Assembly: GCA_902576125.1 (NCBI GenBank)
Contig: CACGUF010000004.1
Location: 363 to 64,362, forward strand
Length of the DNA: 64,000 bases
Source of the DNA: an uncultured Alphaproteobacteria bacterium
GTDB taxonomy: Bacteria; Pseudomonadota; Alphaproteobacteria; HIMB59; GCA-002718135
Reading direction: 5' to 3'
Made by a program: the position numbers and the translations under genes. The notes under the pieces are model-generated. The model worked only from the letters and a program-made list of their open reading frames with translations. It had not been told where the DNA came from and did no database searches. Positions within the stretch are counted from its first letter, which is position 1. Every line of letters begins with the position of its first letter. Of this stretch, positions 27,382 to 36,924 are shown one piece after another.

Positions 27382-29164
27382 AATAAACCAAATCCATTAA
27401 TTGTTTTTTATTGTCAATCAATTCTTCATCAATTAACTCTATACTATTATACCAAGGCGTCTTGTTTGAGTTTTGATTCCAATAGAAAAAAGTAGCTTGA
27501 TTAAAAGGTTTTATTAAAAGAGTTTTGACGCCTAAAGATCCAGCAAGATGAGCTGTGCTATTACTAACTGTAATAAAAAGGTCTAAATTAATTAATAAAC
27601 TTGCTACTTTTAAGAAATCATTAAATAAATCTATATTATTTAAGTTGATTAATTTTAAGTTATAATGATTGTTAAAATCTTCAATTTCTTTTAATATATT
27701 TCCATATTGCAAATTAATAAAATCTACATCAGGCAACATCAATAGATTTTTTAATTTATCAAGTGATAAAGATTTTTGTTCAGCATATTTGTTGTTTAAG
27801 CTTTTCCATGAAATACCTATTTTATATTTTTTATTATAATTAAATAATTCATCTTTAGTTTCATTTATTAAAGCTTGATCAATCTTAAGATAACTTTTTT
27901 TTGGAAAATCAGTAAGTTTATTTCTAAAATAATAACCTAAACTTCCAGCATATAAAACTTGATCTATATTTTTTAATTTTTTTTCATTTTTTGAAAAAAA
28001 TCCAAATTTTTTAAATTTATTTAGATGTTCTTTTCCAAATGAATTAGCAAATAAATCTATTAATCTTTCATCTGCTTCAATAAAAATATTTTCAAAACTG
28101 TCTAATACGTCCTTATACATAGTTCCATATAATAACTCGTCGCCAACTCCTTGTTCACGAATAATTAATAATTGCTTTTTTGGATCAATCTTTTTTTGGC
28201 GTAATAATCTACTCTTTATTAGATTATAAGTTTCATTTTTATATACAAAATTATCTTCATCTAAACGTCCATCAAAATGACCCCATGCTTTTGCAAAGTC
28301 TTCTTCTTTAAAATAAATATTTGATAATAATTTATGAACAGAACCTGAACTCCTAATTTTAAGAGATTTTTTGCAGAATATTTTTGCCAATTTAATTTCA
28401 TTTAAACTAAAGTAAGTTTTTGAAATATTTTCTAAAATCGTAGGCTCGTTAGGAAATAATTTAAGTGCCTTTTCGTAAAGTTTAAGAGCTTTTTTTGACT
28501 TATTAGTTTCAAGATAAAAACCTGCAATATTATTTAATGTTTGATAGGAATCAGGCTTTATATCTAAGGCTTCTAAATAATATTTTTCTGATTTTATTAA
28601 ATTTCTTAACTCATAGTGTACTTCTCCTATTGAATTTAGCAATGAAAGATTTTTTTTATCTATCTCTAGACCCTTATGTAAATACTTAAGTGAATCTTCA
28701 TATTTTTTTTCTTTAAATAAACATAAGCCTATTAAGTTTAATGCTTTAGTATTGTTGTTTGTTTTGCTTAATATTGAGTTACAGATATTTTTTGACAAAG
28801 TGTATTCTTTAATTTTATAATTTATATAAGCTTTATCTATCCAGACATCTAATAAATCATTTTTTATTTCCAATATATTGTTTATTAAATTTAATGTTTT
28901 TTGATATTCTTTTTCTTTTAAAAAAATATTGTAGAGATTTATTTTTGCATTAAAATTATTAAAATTATTAATTAAAAAAAGATAATTATTTTTAGCCTCC
29001 TCTACATATCCTTGGTCTTGCTCCATAAAAGCCAAATTAAATTTAAGTTTTTCATTAGAGGGATATTCTTTAGAAATTTTTTTTAATTTAAAATACGCAG
29101 TTTTTTTGTCACCTTTTAAATATTCATTCAGTATATTATTAATCTTAGAAACAATATCTGTCAT
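27368..29164 (-). CDS. TPR-repeat + GT9-like domain fusion protein (paralog B)
   Basis: About 300 aa of TPR-like repeats, then LLIIREQGVGDELLYGTMYKD...KIGISWKS...INLQYG...DLFITVSNSTAHLAGSLGVKTLLI...KTPWYNSIELI. Its start overlaps the stop of paralog A as ATGA. Confidence 0.65.
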   Translation of the reverse strand: MTDIVSKINNILNEYLKGDKKTAYFKLKKISKEYPSNEKLKFNLAFMEQDQGYVEEAKNNYLFLINNFNNFNAKINLYNIFLKEKEYQKTLNLINNILEIKNDLLDVWIDKAYINYKIKEYTLSKNICNSILSKTNNNTKALNLIGLCLFKEKKYEDSLKYLHKGLEIDKKNLSLLNSIGEVHYELRNLIKSEKYYLEALDIKPDSYQTLNNIAGFYLETNKSKKALKLYEKALKLFPNEPTILENISKTYFSLNEIKLAKIFCKKSLKIRSSGSVHKLLSNIYFKEEDFAKAWGHFDGRLDEDNFVYKNETYNLIKSRLLRQKKIDPKKQLLIIREQGVGDELLYGTMYKDVLDSFENIFIEADERLIDLFANSFGKEHLNKFKKFGFFSKNEKKLKNIDQVLYAGSLGYYFRNKLTDFPKKSYLKIDQALINETKDELFNYNKKYKIGISWKSLNNKYAEQKSLSLDKLKNLLMLPDVDFINLQYGNILKEIEDFNNHYNLKLINLNNIDLFNDFLKVASLLINLDLFITVSNSTAHLAGSLGVKTLLIKPFNQATFFYWNQNSNKTPWYNSIELIDEELIDNKKQLMDLVYSNLQ

Positions 29165-30939
29165 AGTTTATTTAATACTCCCTCAACTTCTTTTAGAGTT
29201 TCTTCTAAAGATTTATTAATAGGAAAAATTTTTACATTTTGATACCATGGAGTTTTATTATTTTCATTACTCCAATAAAAATAAGTTGAAGATTTTTTTG
29301 GACATATCAACAATGTTTTTACTCCCATAGCAGCTGCTATATGAGCGGTAGAATTGCTTACGCTAACAAATACATCTAAATTTTTTAGTATACTCATTAG
29401 GCTGTCAAGATCATTGAATAAATCAATTTTATCAAATGAATAAATATTAAAATTTTTATTTTCTTTTCTTTTTATTTCCTCATCAACTAATCCATACTGC
29501 AGATTAATAAATTGTCTTTTATTTTTTATTAATGGAGCAAAATCATTCAAATTTAATGATTTAAGTTTGCCATATATCGAGACTACACTTTTCCAGGATA
29601 GACCAATTTTTAAATCATTTTTTGCAAAAATAGGATCACTTTTTATGTTAGTGGTTTTAAATTTATCATCGATCAAGTATGATTCTTTTAAAAAATCATA
29701 TTGGGTTTTTCTAAAGTATCTGCACAAACTACCTGCAAATATTACTGATTCAAACATTTTAAGCCTATTTTCATTTTTTGAATAGTAGCCATCAGGAACA
29801 AAAACATTTTTTCCAAAGGATCTCTCAAAAATGCTTATTAATCTTTTATCTGTCTCAATTTTTAAATCATTAGAAGTGCTTATTAATTCTTTATACATTG
29901 AACTAAATAATATTTCTTCCCCAATACCCTGTTCTCTTAAAATAAGAACTTTTTTACCAACCAATGTTTCTTTTTTAGCTATTGAAGTTTTGTTAATAAT
30001 TGATTTTTTTGACTTCAAAAATTTCTTAGTTAGTTTTCTTGATTCAAACAAATCCCATGCTTCATTAAATTGATTCTTATGGATGTATAAATATGCTAAA
30101 CTTAAATTTAAAGAAGGGTTTAAAACTTTATTTTTTTGAGCTTTGTCATAATATTTTTTAGCATAATCGAAATTTTTATCTCTAGCATAAGCTAGAGCAA
30201 TATTAGAAAAAATTTCATAATTTTTTGGTTCTTTTAACAATGCTTCTTTATATGCTAATATTGAATATATATTTTTATCTTTTAAACTTAAATAATTACC
30301 AATATTTATAAGGGTTTTACTAAATCGATTGTTTATTTTATACGCTTTTTTAAAAAAACTAAATGCCATATCAAGATCTTCTAGATCGAAAAAAATTTTT
30401 CCTAAATTATTATAACTATCAATATACTTTGGATTGGCAGATATTGCTCTATGAAAAAGATTTTTAGCTTTCTCAATTAAATTTTTTTTAACATAAATCA
30501 ATCCGAGAACATTTAAAACAAATGGATCAATAGTTTTATCATTAACAATTTCTTCTAAAATGTTTTGTGCATTATCAAATTTTTCTTTTGTGTATTCTAT
30601 GTACCCTAGGTCTCGTTTTCCCTCATAATGAGCATTATCTATTTTAAGAAGTTTTCTAATAAAAAACTCTGATTTGATAAAATTATTTTTTTTAAGATAG
30701 GTTGAATATAAGTTATGTAAATAATCAACAGAGTTAATATTTTTTGAGATTAAAAATAATGATACTCTTTCTGACTCATCAAGTTGGTTTGCTTGATTAC
30801 ACATCTTAGCATATAAAAATTGATAATCTAAATTTTCTGAATTGCTTTTAATAAGATTTTTAATTTGAGAAAAAGCACTTGTAATTTTTCCATTATTAAA
30901 TTCTTCAATAATGGATTTAATTTTATTATCTGACTTCAT
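29161..30939 (-). CDS. TPR-repeat + GT9-like domain fusion protein (paralog A)
   Basis: About 300 aa of TPR-like repeats, then VLILREQGIGEEILFSSMYKE...KIGLSWKS...INLQYG...DVFVSVSNSTAHIAAAMGVKTLLI...KTPWYQNVKIF. Confidence 0.65.
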   Translation of the reverse strand: MKSDNKIKSIIEEFNNGKITSAFSQIKNLIKSNSENLDYQFLYAKMCNQANQLDESERVSLFLISKNINSVDYLHNLYSTYLKKNNFIKSEFFIRKLLKIDNAHYEGKRDLGYIEYTKEKFDNAQNILEEIVNDKTIDPFVLNVLGLIYVKKNLIEKAKNLFHRAISANPKYIDSYNNLGKIFFDLEDLDMAFSFFKKAYKINNRFSKTLINIGNYLSLKDKNIYSILAYKEALLKEPKNYEIFSNIALAYARDKNFDYAKKYYDKAQKNKVLNPSLNLSLAYLYIHKNQFNEAWDLFESRKLTKKFLKSKKSIINKTSIAKKETLVGKKVLILREQGIGEEILFSSMYKELISTSNDLKIETDKRLISIFERSFGKNVFVPDGYYSKNENRLKMFESVIFAGSLCRYFRKTQYDFLKESYLIDDKFKTTNIKSDPIFAKNDLKIGLSWKSVVSIYGKLKSLNLNDFAPLIKNKRQFINLQYGLVDEEIKRKENKNFNIYSFDKIDLFNDLDSLMSILKNLDVFVSVSNSTAHIAAAMGVKTLLICPKKSSTYFYWSNENNKTPWYQNVKIFPINKSLEETLKEVEGVLNKL

Positions 30940-30968
30940 AAAAAAACCCAGTCTATCAAAGACTGGGT
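30940..30968 (-). terminator. Rho-independent terminator after the BI-1-family gene
   Basis: Stem CCCAGTCT (30947-30954) pairs with AGACTGGG (30960-30967). On the minus strand it is followed by a T-run (plus-strand A-run 30940-30946). It abuts the start codon of the next gene (30939). Confidence 0.7.
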
Positions 30969-31002
30969 TATATTTGAATTAAATTGATAAAATGATTAAA
31001 AT

Positions 31003-31755
31003 TTATCTTCTTTGACCAAACAATTGTAATAAAAGTATAAACAAATTGATAAAGTCTAAATATAATTTTAACGCGCCCATTAGCGCTTTTTTTGATCCAA
31101 TTTCCTCACTGTCTCCACCATAATACATATTTTTGATATTTTGTGTATCATAGGCTGTTAAGCCTACAAAAACTAAAACACCAATAACAGAAATAGCAAA
31201 TTGCAATGCGCTACTTTGAAAAAATATATTAACTAAACTCGCTATTATAATACCAATTAGGCCCATAAATAAAAATCCACCAAGTTTTGTTAAATCTCTT
31301 TTTGTTGTATAGCCATATAAGCTCATAGCCCCAAAAGTTCCTGCTGTTATAAAGAATACTCTTGCAATAGATGTTTGTGTAAACTCTATAAAAACTGAAG
31401 CGAGGGACAAGCCCATTATACTTGCGAAAAGCCAAAATGTAATTTGAGCAGATGAAATCGACATTTTTGAAATTCTTGCACTTAAATAAAATACAAAACC
31501 TAGAGGGGCTAGCATTACTACCCATTTTAATGGAGATCCAAATAATAAAGCACCTATTTGTGTTACTCCAATTATTTGCCCCATATCATTGGTAACAATT
31601 GAAGCTTTTCCAAAAAAATATGCTATAAAACCTGTAAGCATCAAACCAATTGTCATATAATTATATACTTTTAGCATATAAGCTCTTAAGCCTTCATCAA
31701 TTGCAGCTTGATCTACAGTTTTACTAAAAGATCGTTGATTAAAGTCTAAAGCCAT
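31003..31755 (-). CDS. Bax inhibitor-1/YccA-family membrane protein
   Basis: Seven predicted TM segments. LRAYMLKVYNYM near the N-terminus and the C-terminal ALKLYLDFINLFILLLQLFG are typical of the BI-1/YccA family. Confidence 0.85.
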   Translation of the reverse strand: MALDFNQRSFSKTVDQAAIDEGLRAYMLKVYNYMTIGLMLTGFIAYFFGKASIVTNDMGQIIGVTQIGALLFGSPLKWVVMLAPLGFVFYLSARISKMSISSAQITFWLFASIMGLSLASVFIEFTQTSIARVFFITAGTFGAMSLYGYTTKRDLTKLGGFLFMGLIGIIIASLVNIFFQSSALQFAISVIGVLVFVGLTAYDTQNIKNMYYGGDSEEIGSKKALMGALKLYLDFINLFILLLQLFGQRR

Positions 31756-31826
31756 AAATTCTCCTTTTATTTATAACTAATATCGCTATAAATTAGACAA
31801 ATTCAAGGCATTTCTATTAATTATTT

Positions 31827-32879
31827 ATGAAGTACAGAAAATTAGGAACTACTGAATTAGAAGTAAGTGTAATTTGTTTAGGTACTATGACTTGGGGTGA
31901 GCAAAATTCACAAAAAGAGGCCTTTGATCAAATGGATTACTCAATTGAAAGAGGAGTAAATTTTTTTGATACTGCAGAATTATACGCAGTTATGCCAAGA
32001 AAAGAAACATATGGAAAAACTGAAGAAATAATTGGAAATTGGTTTCACGAAAAAAAAAATAGAGATAAAGTTATTTTAGCTTCTAAAATTGCATCAAAGT
32101 CTGAAGGCTTAGAATGGATAAGAGGAGGATCCAATAATTTAGGTTTTGACAAAAAAAATATGAATGCAGCAATTGATGAAAGCCTCAAAAGATTAAAAAC
32201 TGATTATATTGATTTATATCAATTGCATTGGCCAGAGAGAAAAGTACCTTTATTTGGTGTTCTTGACTTTGAATATGATTCTAAAGATGTTGATTGGAAT
32301 CCTATTGAGGCAGTTCTGGATAATCTTCAGTCCCTAGTTAAGGCTGGTAAAATTAGATATGTGGGTGTATCAAATGAAACCCCATGGGGTACAATGAAAT
32401 TTCTAGAAGCTGCTAAAGAAAAAAATTTACCAAGAATGATGTCAATCCAAAATGTTTATAGTCTAGTTAACAGAGTGTTTGATATAGCTAATTCTGAAGT
32501 TGCAATAAGGGAAAAATGTGGTTTACTTGCTTATTCACCATTAGCTGGTGGAAGATTAAGTGGAAAGTACCTACACAATAAAAAGCCAAAAAATGCTAGA
32601 TACACTTTATGGCCAAGACGTTTTTCTAGACATCATACTGAAAGAGGTGAATTAGCTATAAAAAAATATGTTAAGCTTGCAAAAAAATATAACATAAAAC
32701 CATCAACATTTGCAAATGCCTTTGTTAACGACAGGCCGTTTGTTACAAGTAATATTATTGGAGCAACTACTATGAATCAATTAAAAGAAAATATTGATAG
32801 TATTAATATATCCTTATCAGATGAAATTTTAAATGAGATTGAAGATATTCATTTAAGCGATCCAAATCCATGTGTTTAG
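31827..32879 (+). CDS. Aldo/keto reductase (Tas-like NADP(H)-dependent oxidoreductase)
   Basis: MKYRKLGTTELEVSVICLGTMTWG, FFDTAELY, IDLYQLHWP, RYVGVSNE and IIGATTMNQLKENI. Confidence 0.9.
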   Translation: MKYRKLGTTELEVSVICLGTMTWGEQNSQKEAFDQMDYSIERGVNFFDTAELYAVMPRKETYGKTEEIIGNWFHEKKNRDKVILASKIASKSEGLEWIRGGSNNLGFDKKNMNAAIDESLKRLKTDYIDLYQLHWPERKVPLFGVLDFEYDSKDVDWNPIEAVLDNLQSLVKAGKIRYVGVSNETPWGTMKFLEAAKEKNLPRMMSIQNVYSLVNRVFDIANSEVAIREKCGLLAYSPLAGGRLSGKYLHNKKPKNARYTLWPRRFSRHHTERGELAIKKYVKLAKKYNIKPSTFANAFVNDRPFVTSNIIGATTMNQLKENIDSINISLSDEILNEIEDIHLSDPNPCV

Positions 32880-32904
32880 ATTTATTTATATTATTAATTA
32901 AAAT

Positions 32905-33780
32905 TTAAATTTTTATTTTATTTAATAAATTGTTTACCTCAATAATATAAGATTTATCCCAAAGTACTAAATTGCATAAAGCGTAGTATAGTTGATATAC
33001 AGGTTCGTAGCTAAAGTAATTTTTATCAATAGGGATATATTCTTTGTATTTAAAAAGAAAATCATCATCAATGAAGACAGGCTTAAACCATCTTAGATAT
33101 GCTAATTCCATTTCATTATGACCATAAAATGATCCCGGATCTATAAATGAAACAAATTTATAATCTTTAAATAAAATGTTACCCTCCCACAGATCTCCGT
33201 GTAATAACTTTGGTTTAGGATTATTTGGTATTAAGTTTTTAATTTGTTTAATAACTTCATCAATCTTAATTCTTGTACTTTTGTTAAGAAGGTTTTTTTT
33301 ATTTGCTAGATCAAAAAAATAATTTAGTCGAGTTTTGGAATAAAAATCTGCCCAATTTTTTTCAAATTTATTTTCATGTTTAACTCCTCCTATTTGAGTA
33401 TCAAATCGAAAACCATAAAAGTTATTTGAAAATGAATGAATATTTATTACTGCTTTTAAGAAATCTAAATTTGTTTTTTTTGGTTTTTTATTATTATTTT
33501 CTTTAAATTCAGTAATAAGATACTTTTCATTTCCAAATATTATTTTTGGAAAATAATTAATTTTTTTTTCTTGTAAGTATTCTAAATTCTTTTTTTCTGA
33601 ATAAATTGCATTAAATTTTTTATTACTCTTAGAATAATATTTAGCAATTATTATTTGTTTGTTAGATAGATATAACTTAACACAGTTAATATTGAAAGAA
33701 TTAGAGATTAATTGATACTTAATAATTTTTTTACCATTTAATATGGTAGAAATTTGATTTATGTCATTTATATTTATCAT
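32905..33780 (-). CDS. Fructosamine/ketosamine-3-kinase-family protein
   Basis: LLHGDLWEGNILF catalytic loop, IDPGSFYGHNEMELAYL, size about 290 aa. Confidence 0.75.
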   Translation of the reverse strand: MININDINQISTILNGKKIIKYQLISNSFNINCVKLYLSNKQIIIAKYYSKSNKKFNAIYSEKKNLEYLQEKKINYFPKIIFGNEKYLITEFKENNNKKPKKTNLDFLKAVINIHSFSNNFYGFRFDTQIGGVKHENKFEKNWADFYSKTRLNYFFDLANKKNLLNKSTRIKIDEVIKQIKNLIPNNPKPKLLHGDLWEGNILFKDYKFVSFIDPGSFYGHNEMELAYLRWFKPVFIDDDFLFKYKEYIPIDKNYFSYEPVYQLYYALCNLVLWDKSYIIEVNNLLNKIKI

Positions 33781-33783
33781 TAA

Positions 33784-34203
33784 ATGTTAAAAAATCTTAA
33801 CCTGCAATTTTTAATTTCTTATTTTGGGTTTTTACCATATTTAATTGTTATAATTGAGAAATTTTTTTTAAATCAAATCGATAATTCTATATTAGAAAAT
33901 TTTACTGTTTTTTATTCTATAATTATTTTAGTTTTTATTGGATCAATCAATTGGAATCTAAAAGAAAATATTTCAAAAAAGTTAGTTTTATATGGTTTCT
34001 CTCCAAGTCTTTTTGCAGTTATAATTATTATAATTTACTTATATAATTTTAATGTCTTTTTTTTGCTAATCACTTTTTTTTTGTTACAGTTAATTGGTGA
34101 TTATTTTATTATCTACAAAAACAAAAATCATAGCAAAGTTTTTTTTTATGTTAGATTTCCACTAACAACTCTAATAATTCTAAGTTTGGGCATTATTCAA
34201 TAA
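33784..34203 (+). CDS. Small multi-TM membrane protein, DUF3429-like
   Basis: Four hydrophobic segments. LISYFGFLPYL and YSIIILVFIGSINWNL resemble the DUF3429 pattern as I remember it. Confidence 0.4.
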   Translation: MLKNLNLQFLISYFGFLPYLIVIIEKFFLNQIDNSILENFTVFYSIIILVFIGSINWNLKENISKKLVLYGFSPSLFAVIIIIIYLYNFNVFFLLITFFLLQLIGDYFIIYKNKNHSKVFFYVRFPLTTLIILSLGIIQ

Positions 34204-35188
34204 TTGTTTTTATTTTCCCTATTTTAAAATTAGCATGATTATATAGCATCAAATTATTCCACAATTTAAACTGTTTGAGTTCCAATTTATTTAATAATTT
34301 AAATTTTTTACATAAATTATAAATCACTGATGGTAGAGCTCTTTCATTTCCATCTGCAACTTTTAAAATTCCAAAAATACCTTTTTTTAAATGCACAAAT
34401 AAAAATACTCCCTCTGCCCCACCTTTACAAAAAATATTTCCATTTGAAATTTTTATTAGGTTACTATCAAGATTTTTATTTCCACCAATAAAAAGAGGAT
34501 TCTTTAATATTGACTCAATCATAATCTGTACATTTACAGAATAATCAAATTTAGAATAATAGCTTTTATAAAGATTTGATAAGCCTTTTGCTAATTCAAT
34601 AATTTTAAAAGAATATTGCGGCGCACTGCATCCATCAACACTGAAATTGTCTTTTAATATTTTTTTTTCAGTAAATTTTGAAAAAACATACCTTATGTTG
34701 ACTTGATGTGGGTGATCAAAATCTAAGTAGTCTTTGGTTGAATATTTATTTATTTTACAGGCTGTTAACATAGCCAAATGCTTTCCAGCACAATTATTGT
34801 AAAGTTGGTAAGGTTTTTTTCCTGAAAGAAATAATCTCTCACTTGATTTTGTATCTAAAGGATTGTGAATCCCACACTTTAATTGAGATGGTTTTAGTTT
34901 AATTTTAGTAATCCATTTTTTCAACTCTCTAATATGAAAACTTTCTCCACAATGTGAAGAGCACGAAAGCGCTATTTGTTTTTCATTTAATTTAAGTATT
35001 TTAAAAGCATTTGAAGCTGAAAAAGGTATGGCTTGAAATATTTTAATAGAAGATCTTGGATAAATATAATCCTCCTCATTATCAGTAGTAAATATTATTT
35101 CCCCATTTATTGATCCAAGATGACATTTGATGTTGTGAGTGCTTTCAACTAAATTTCCACGATAAAATTGTGTAGTAACTTTGCTCAT
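34193..35188 (-). CDS. Asparaginase II-family protein (Rhizobium AnsA type)
   Basis: From ATG 35188: RSSIKIFQAIPF, SCSSHCGESFH, NNCAGKHLAML and DGCSAPQYS match the Asparaginase_II motif order. Confidence 0.7.
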   Translation of the reverse strand: MSKVTTQFYRGNLVESTHNIKCHLGSINGEIIFTTDNEEDYIYPRSSIKIFQAIPFSASNAFKILKLNEKQIALSCSSHCGESFHIRELKKWITKIKLKPSQLKCGIHNPLDTKSSERLFLSGKKPYQLYNNCAGKHLAMLTACKINKYSTKDYLDFDHPHQVNIRYVFSKFTEKKILKDNFSVDGCSAPQYSFKIIELAKGLSNLYKSYYSKFDYSVNVQIMIESILKNPLFIGGNKNLDSNLIKISNGNIFCKGGAEGVFLFVHLKKGIFGILKVADGNERALPSVIYNLCKKFKLLNKLELKQFKLWNNLMLYNHANFKIGKIKTIIE

Positions 35189-35218
35189 AACTTTATTATA
35201 GAGCAAAAAATTTAAAAT

Positions 35219-35854
35219 TTACTTAAAAAATGATTTTATAAATGTAAATAGATTTAGTGCTGAACCAAACTTACCAAAGAACACAACATCACTTTCTGTT
35301 ATGGATAAACAAATACACCCTTCTTTTTTACTGGCAGTAGGATGATGCTTGATTTTCTGATCATTTATTTGCAAATCACCTTTTTTAAATTCGCCATATT
35401 CATCATGAAAACTGCCATCAAGAACAAGAATATACTCTTTTCCATTGTGAGAATGGAGTGGCACTGATGTTCCAGGATCCATTTTGATTAGTTTTAAATC
35501 ATCACTGTCATTAACAGGTATATTAAACTCCTTGAAACCTTTATAAACTGATTTCCAATTAATGTTCTTAAAATCTCCAACTAGATTACTAAGAGGATTA
35601 TGGTTATTTTTAGTACTAGAACTAAATTTCTCACCAATATCATCATTAATACAATCTTTATAATTTAGTTTTTTTGGAGCTACCTCATCTATATGAATCA
35701 GATTTTCAGCTAATATATTATCAAATATTGAGGCTTTTTTGGCTGCTACACTGTTAAGATAAAGATACATTGAAACGAACAATGATTTTGCCTCTCTTAG
35801 ACTACCGCTGGAATAGCCAAATATAAGTTCATTTTTATGGGTTGATATGTTCAC
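35219..35854 (-). CDS. chrR: ChrR-like anti-sigma factor (anti-sigma domain + cupin domain)
   Basis: The GTG start overlaps the rpoE stop (GTGA). The N-terminal ELIFGYSSGSLREAKSLFVSMYLYL aligns by eye to the ChrR anti-sigma domain. The C-terminal cupin is LIKMDPGTSVPLHSHNGKEYILVLDGSFHDEYGEFKKGD. Confidence 0.7.
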   Translation of the reverse strand: MNISTHKNELIFGYSSGSLREAKSLFVSMYLYLNSVAAKKASIFDNILAENLIHIDEVAPKKLNYKDCINDDIGEKFSSSTKNNHNPLSNLVGDFKNINWKSVYKGFKEFNIPVNDSDDLKLIKMDPGTSVPLHSHNGKEYILVLDGSFHDEYGEFKKGDLQINDQKIKHHPTASKKEGCICLSITESDVVFFGKFGSALNLFTFIKSFFK

Positions 35855-36378
35855 GATAGAAATTTCTGCATTTTAGTTAATGTTGATCTTATTCTAGATT
35901 TAACTGTGCCTAGAGGAATTTCAAGCTCTTCAGCAATTTTTTTATGAGTTTTTTGCTCAAAAAAGCTCATTTTTATTAATTTTTTCTGATTTTCATCCAA
36001 TTCTTGCTTAATTTTATCTATTGATGATTGAATCTCATAGTCACTGGTTTTGTTACTTTGATAAAGGAATTGTCTAATATCTTCATCTTCGGCTTTTCTA
36101 TTTTTATTTTTTCTTTGAAGGTCGATTTTTTTATTACGAGCTATTGTGAAGGACCAAGTAATAAACTTAGATCTTTCAGGATTAAATAAATTTGCTTTTG
36201 TCCATATCGTGCTAAGTACCTCCTGAGTTAATTCTTCAGATTGCGCAAAACTCATGTTATTTCTTAGGTAGTAAGCATTAATCTTAGGTGCTAAAAAATC
36301 AAATACCTCAGAGAATGCCTTTTCATCTCTATTATTTGAAATTTTTTTTGCTAGCTCTACTAATTTTTCATTTTCCAT
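35851..36378 (-). CDS. rpoE: ECF-type RNA polymerase sigma factor (RpoE of the RpoE-ChrR pair)
   Basis: Region 2 SEELTQEVLSTIW...F..W.FTIARNK and region 4 HKKIAEELEIPLGTVKSRI. Confidence 0.85.
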   Translation of the reverse strand: MENEKLVELAKKISNNRDEKAFSEVFDFLAPKINAYYLRNNMSFAQSEELTQEVLSTIWTKANLFNPERSKFITWSFTIARNKKIDLQRKNKNRKAEDEDIRQFLYQSNKTSDYEIQSSIDKIKQELDENQKKLIKMSFFEQKTHKKIAEELEIPLGTVKSRIRSTLTKMQKFLS

Positions 36379-36449
36379 ATTAATTTTTATGCATCTTAAA
36401 CTTTGATACTTTTATAGAATGGTATAATAACAAAAATATACATTTTTAC

Positions 36450-36923
36450 ATGAAAAAAATTTTATATATATCTCTATCTGTCTTCTTAATTTTCATCACA
36501 AAACAATCTATTGCTATAGACAAAGGCAAGTGGTCTTTTGTCAAGGATGAAGACTGGTGTTATATTGTTTCATCACCTAAAGAATCTGATTTACCTGAAA
36601 CAAAAAAACGTGGTGATAATTACATCTTGGTTTATAAAATTATTGGAAGTGAGGAAAATATAATTCAAATCGAAGCTGGATATAAATATGATCTTAAAAA
36701 ATCAATTAAAGTTAAAATTGATAATACAGATTATAATTTTTATACAACAGAAGATTCACCAGAAACTGCATGGACTAATGATGACAGTAAGGTTATATAT
36801 GCAATGAAAAAAGGGCTTGAATTAACACTTACTGGTCATTCAACAAGAGGCACAACAACAAATGATGTATATACTTTAAAAGGTTTTACAAAAGCAGTAA
36901 ATCTTTTGAATGAAGATTGTTAA
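36450..36923 (+). CDS. Secreted protein, IalB (invasion-associated locus B)-like
   Basis: Signal peptide [22 protein letters not shown], an early W..C (DEDWCYIV) and a late [13 protein letters not shown] resemble the IalB family layout. Recognition is weak. Confidence 0.4.
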   Translation: MKKILYISLSVFLIFITKQSIAIDKGKWSFVKDEDWCYIVSSPKESDLPETKKRGDNYILVYKIIGSEENIIQIEAGYKYDLKKSIKVKIDNTDYNFYTTEDSPETAWTNDDSKVIYAMKKGLELTLTGHSTRGTTTNDVYTLKGFTKAVNLLNEDC

Positions 36924-36924
36924 G

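Noticed and set aside
36379-36449. Candidate autoregulated sigma-E promoter upstream of rpoE. A TAAGA pentamer (complement of 36394-36398) lies ~16 nt before the ATG, resembling what I recall as the -10 element of Rhodobacter sigma-E promoters.
   Set aside because: I see no TGATC-like -35 element at the expected 16-18-nt spacing. My recollection of the consensus is not firm, and a pentamer match in AT-rich DNA is weak.
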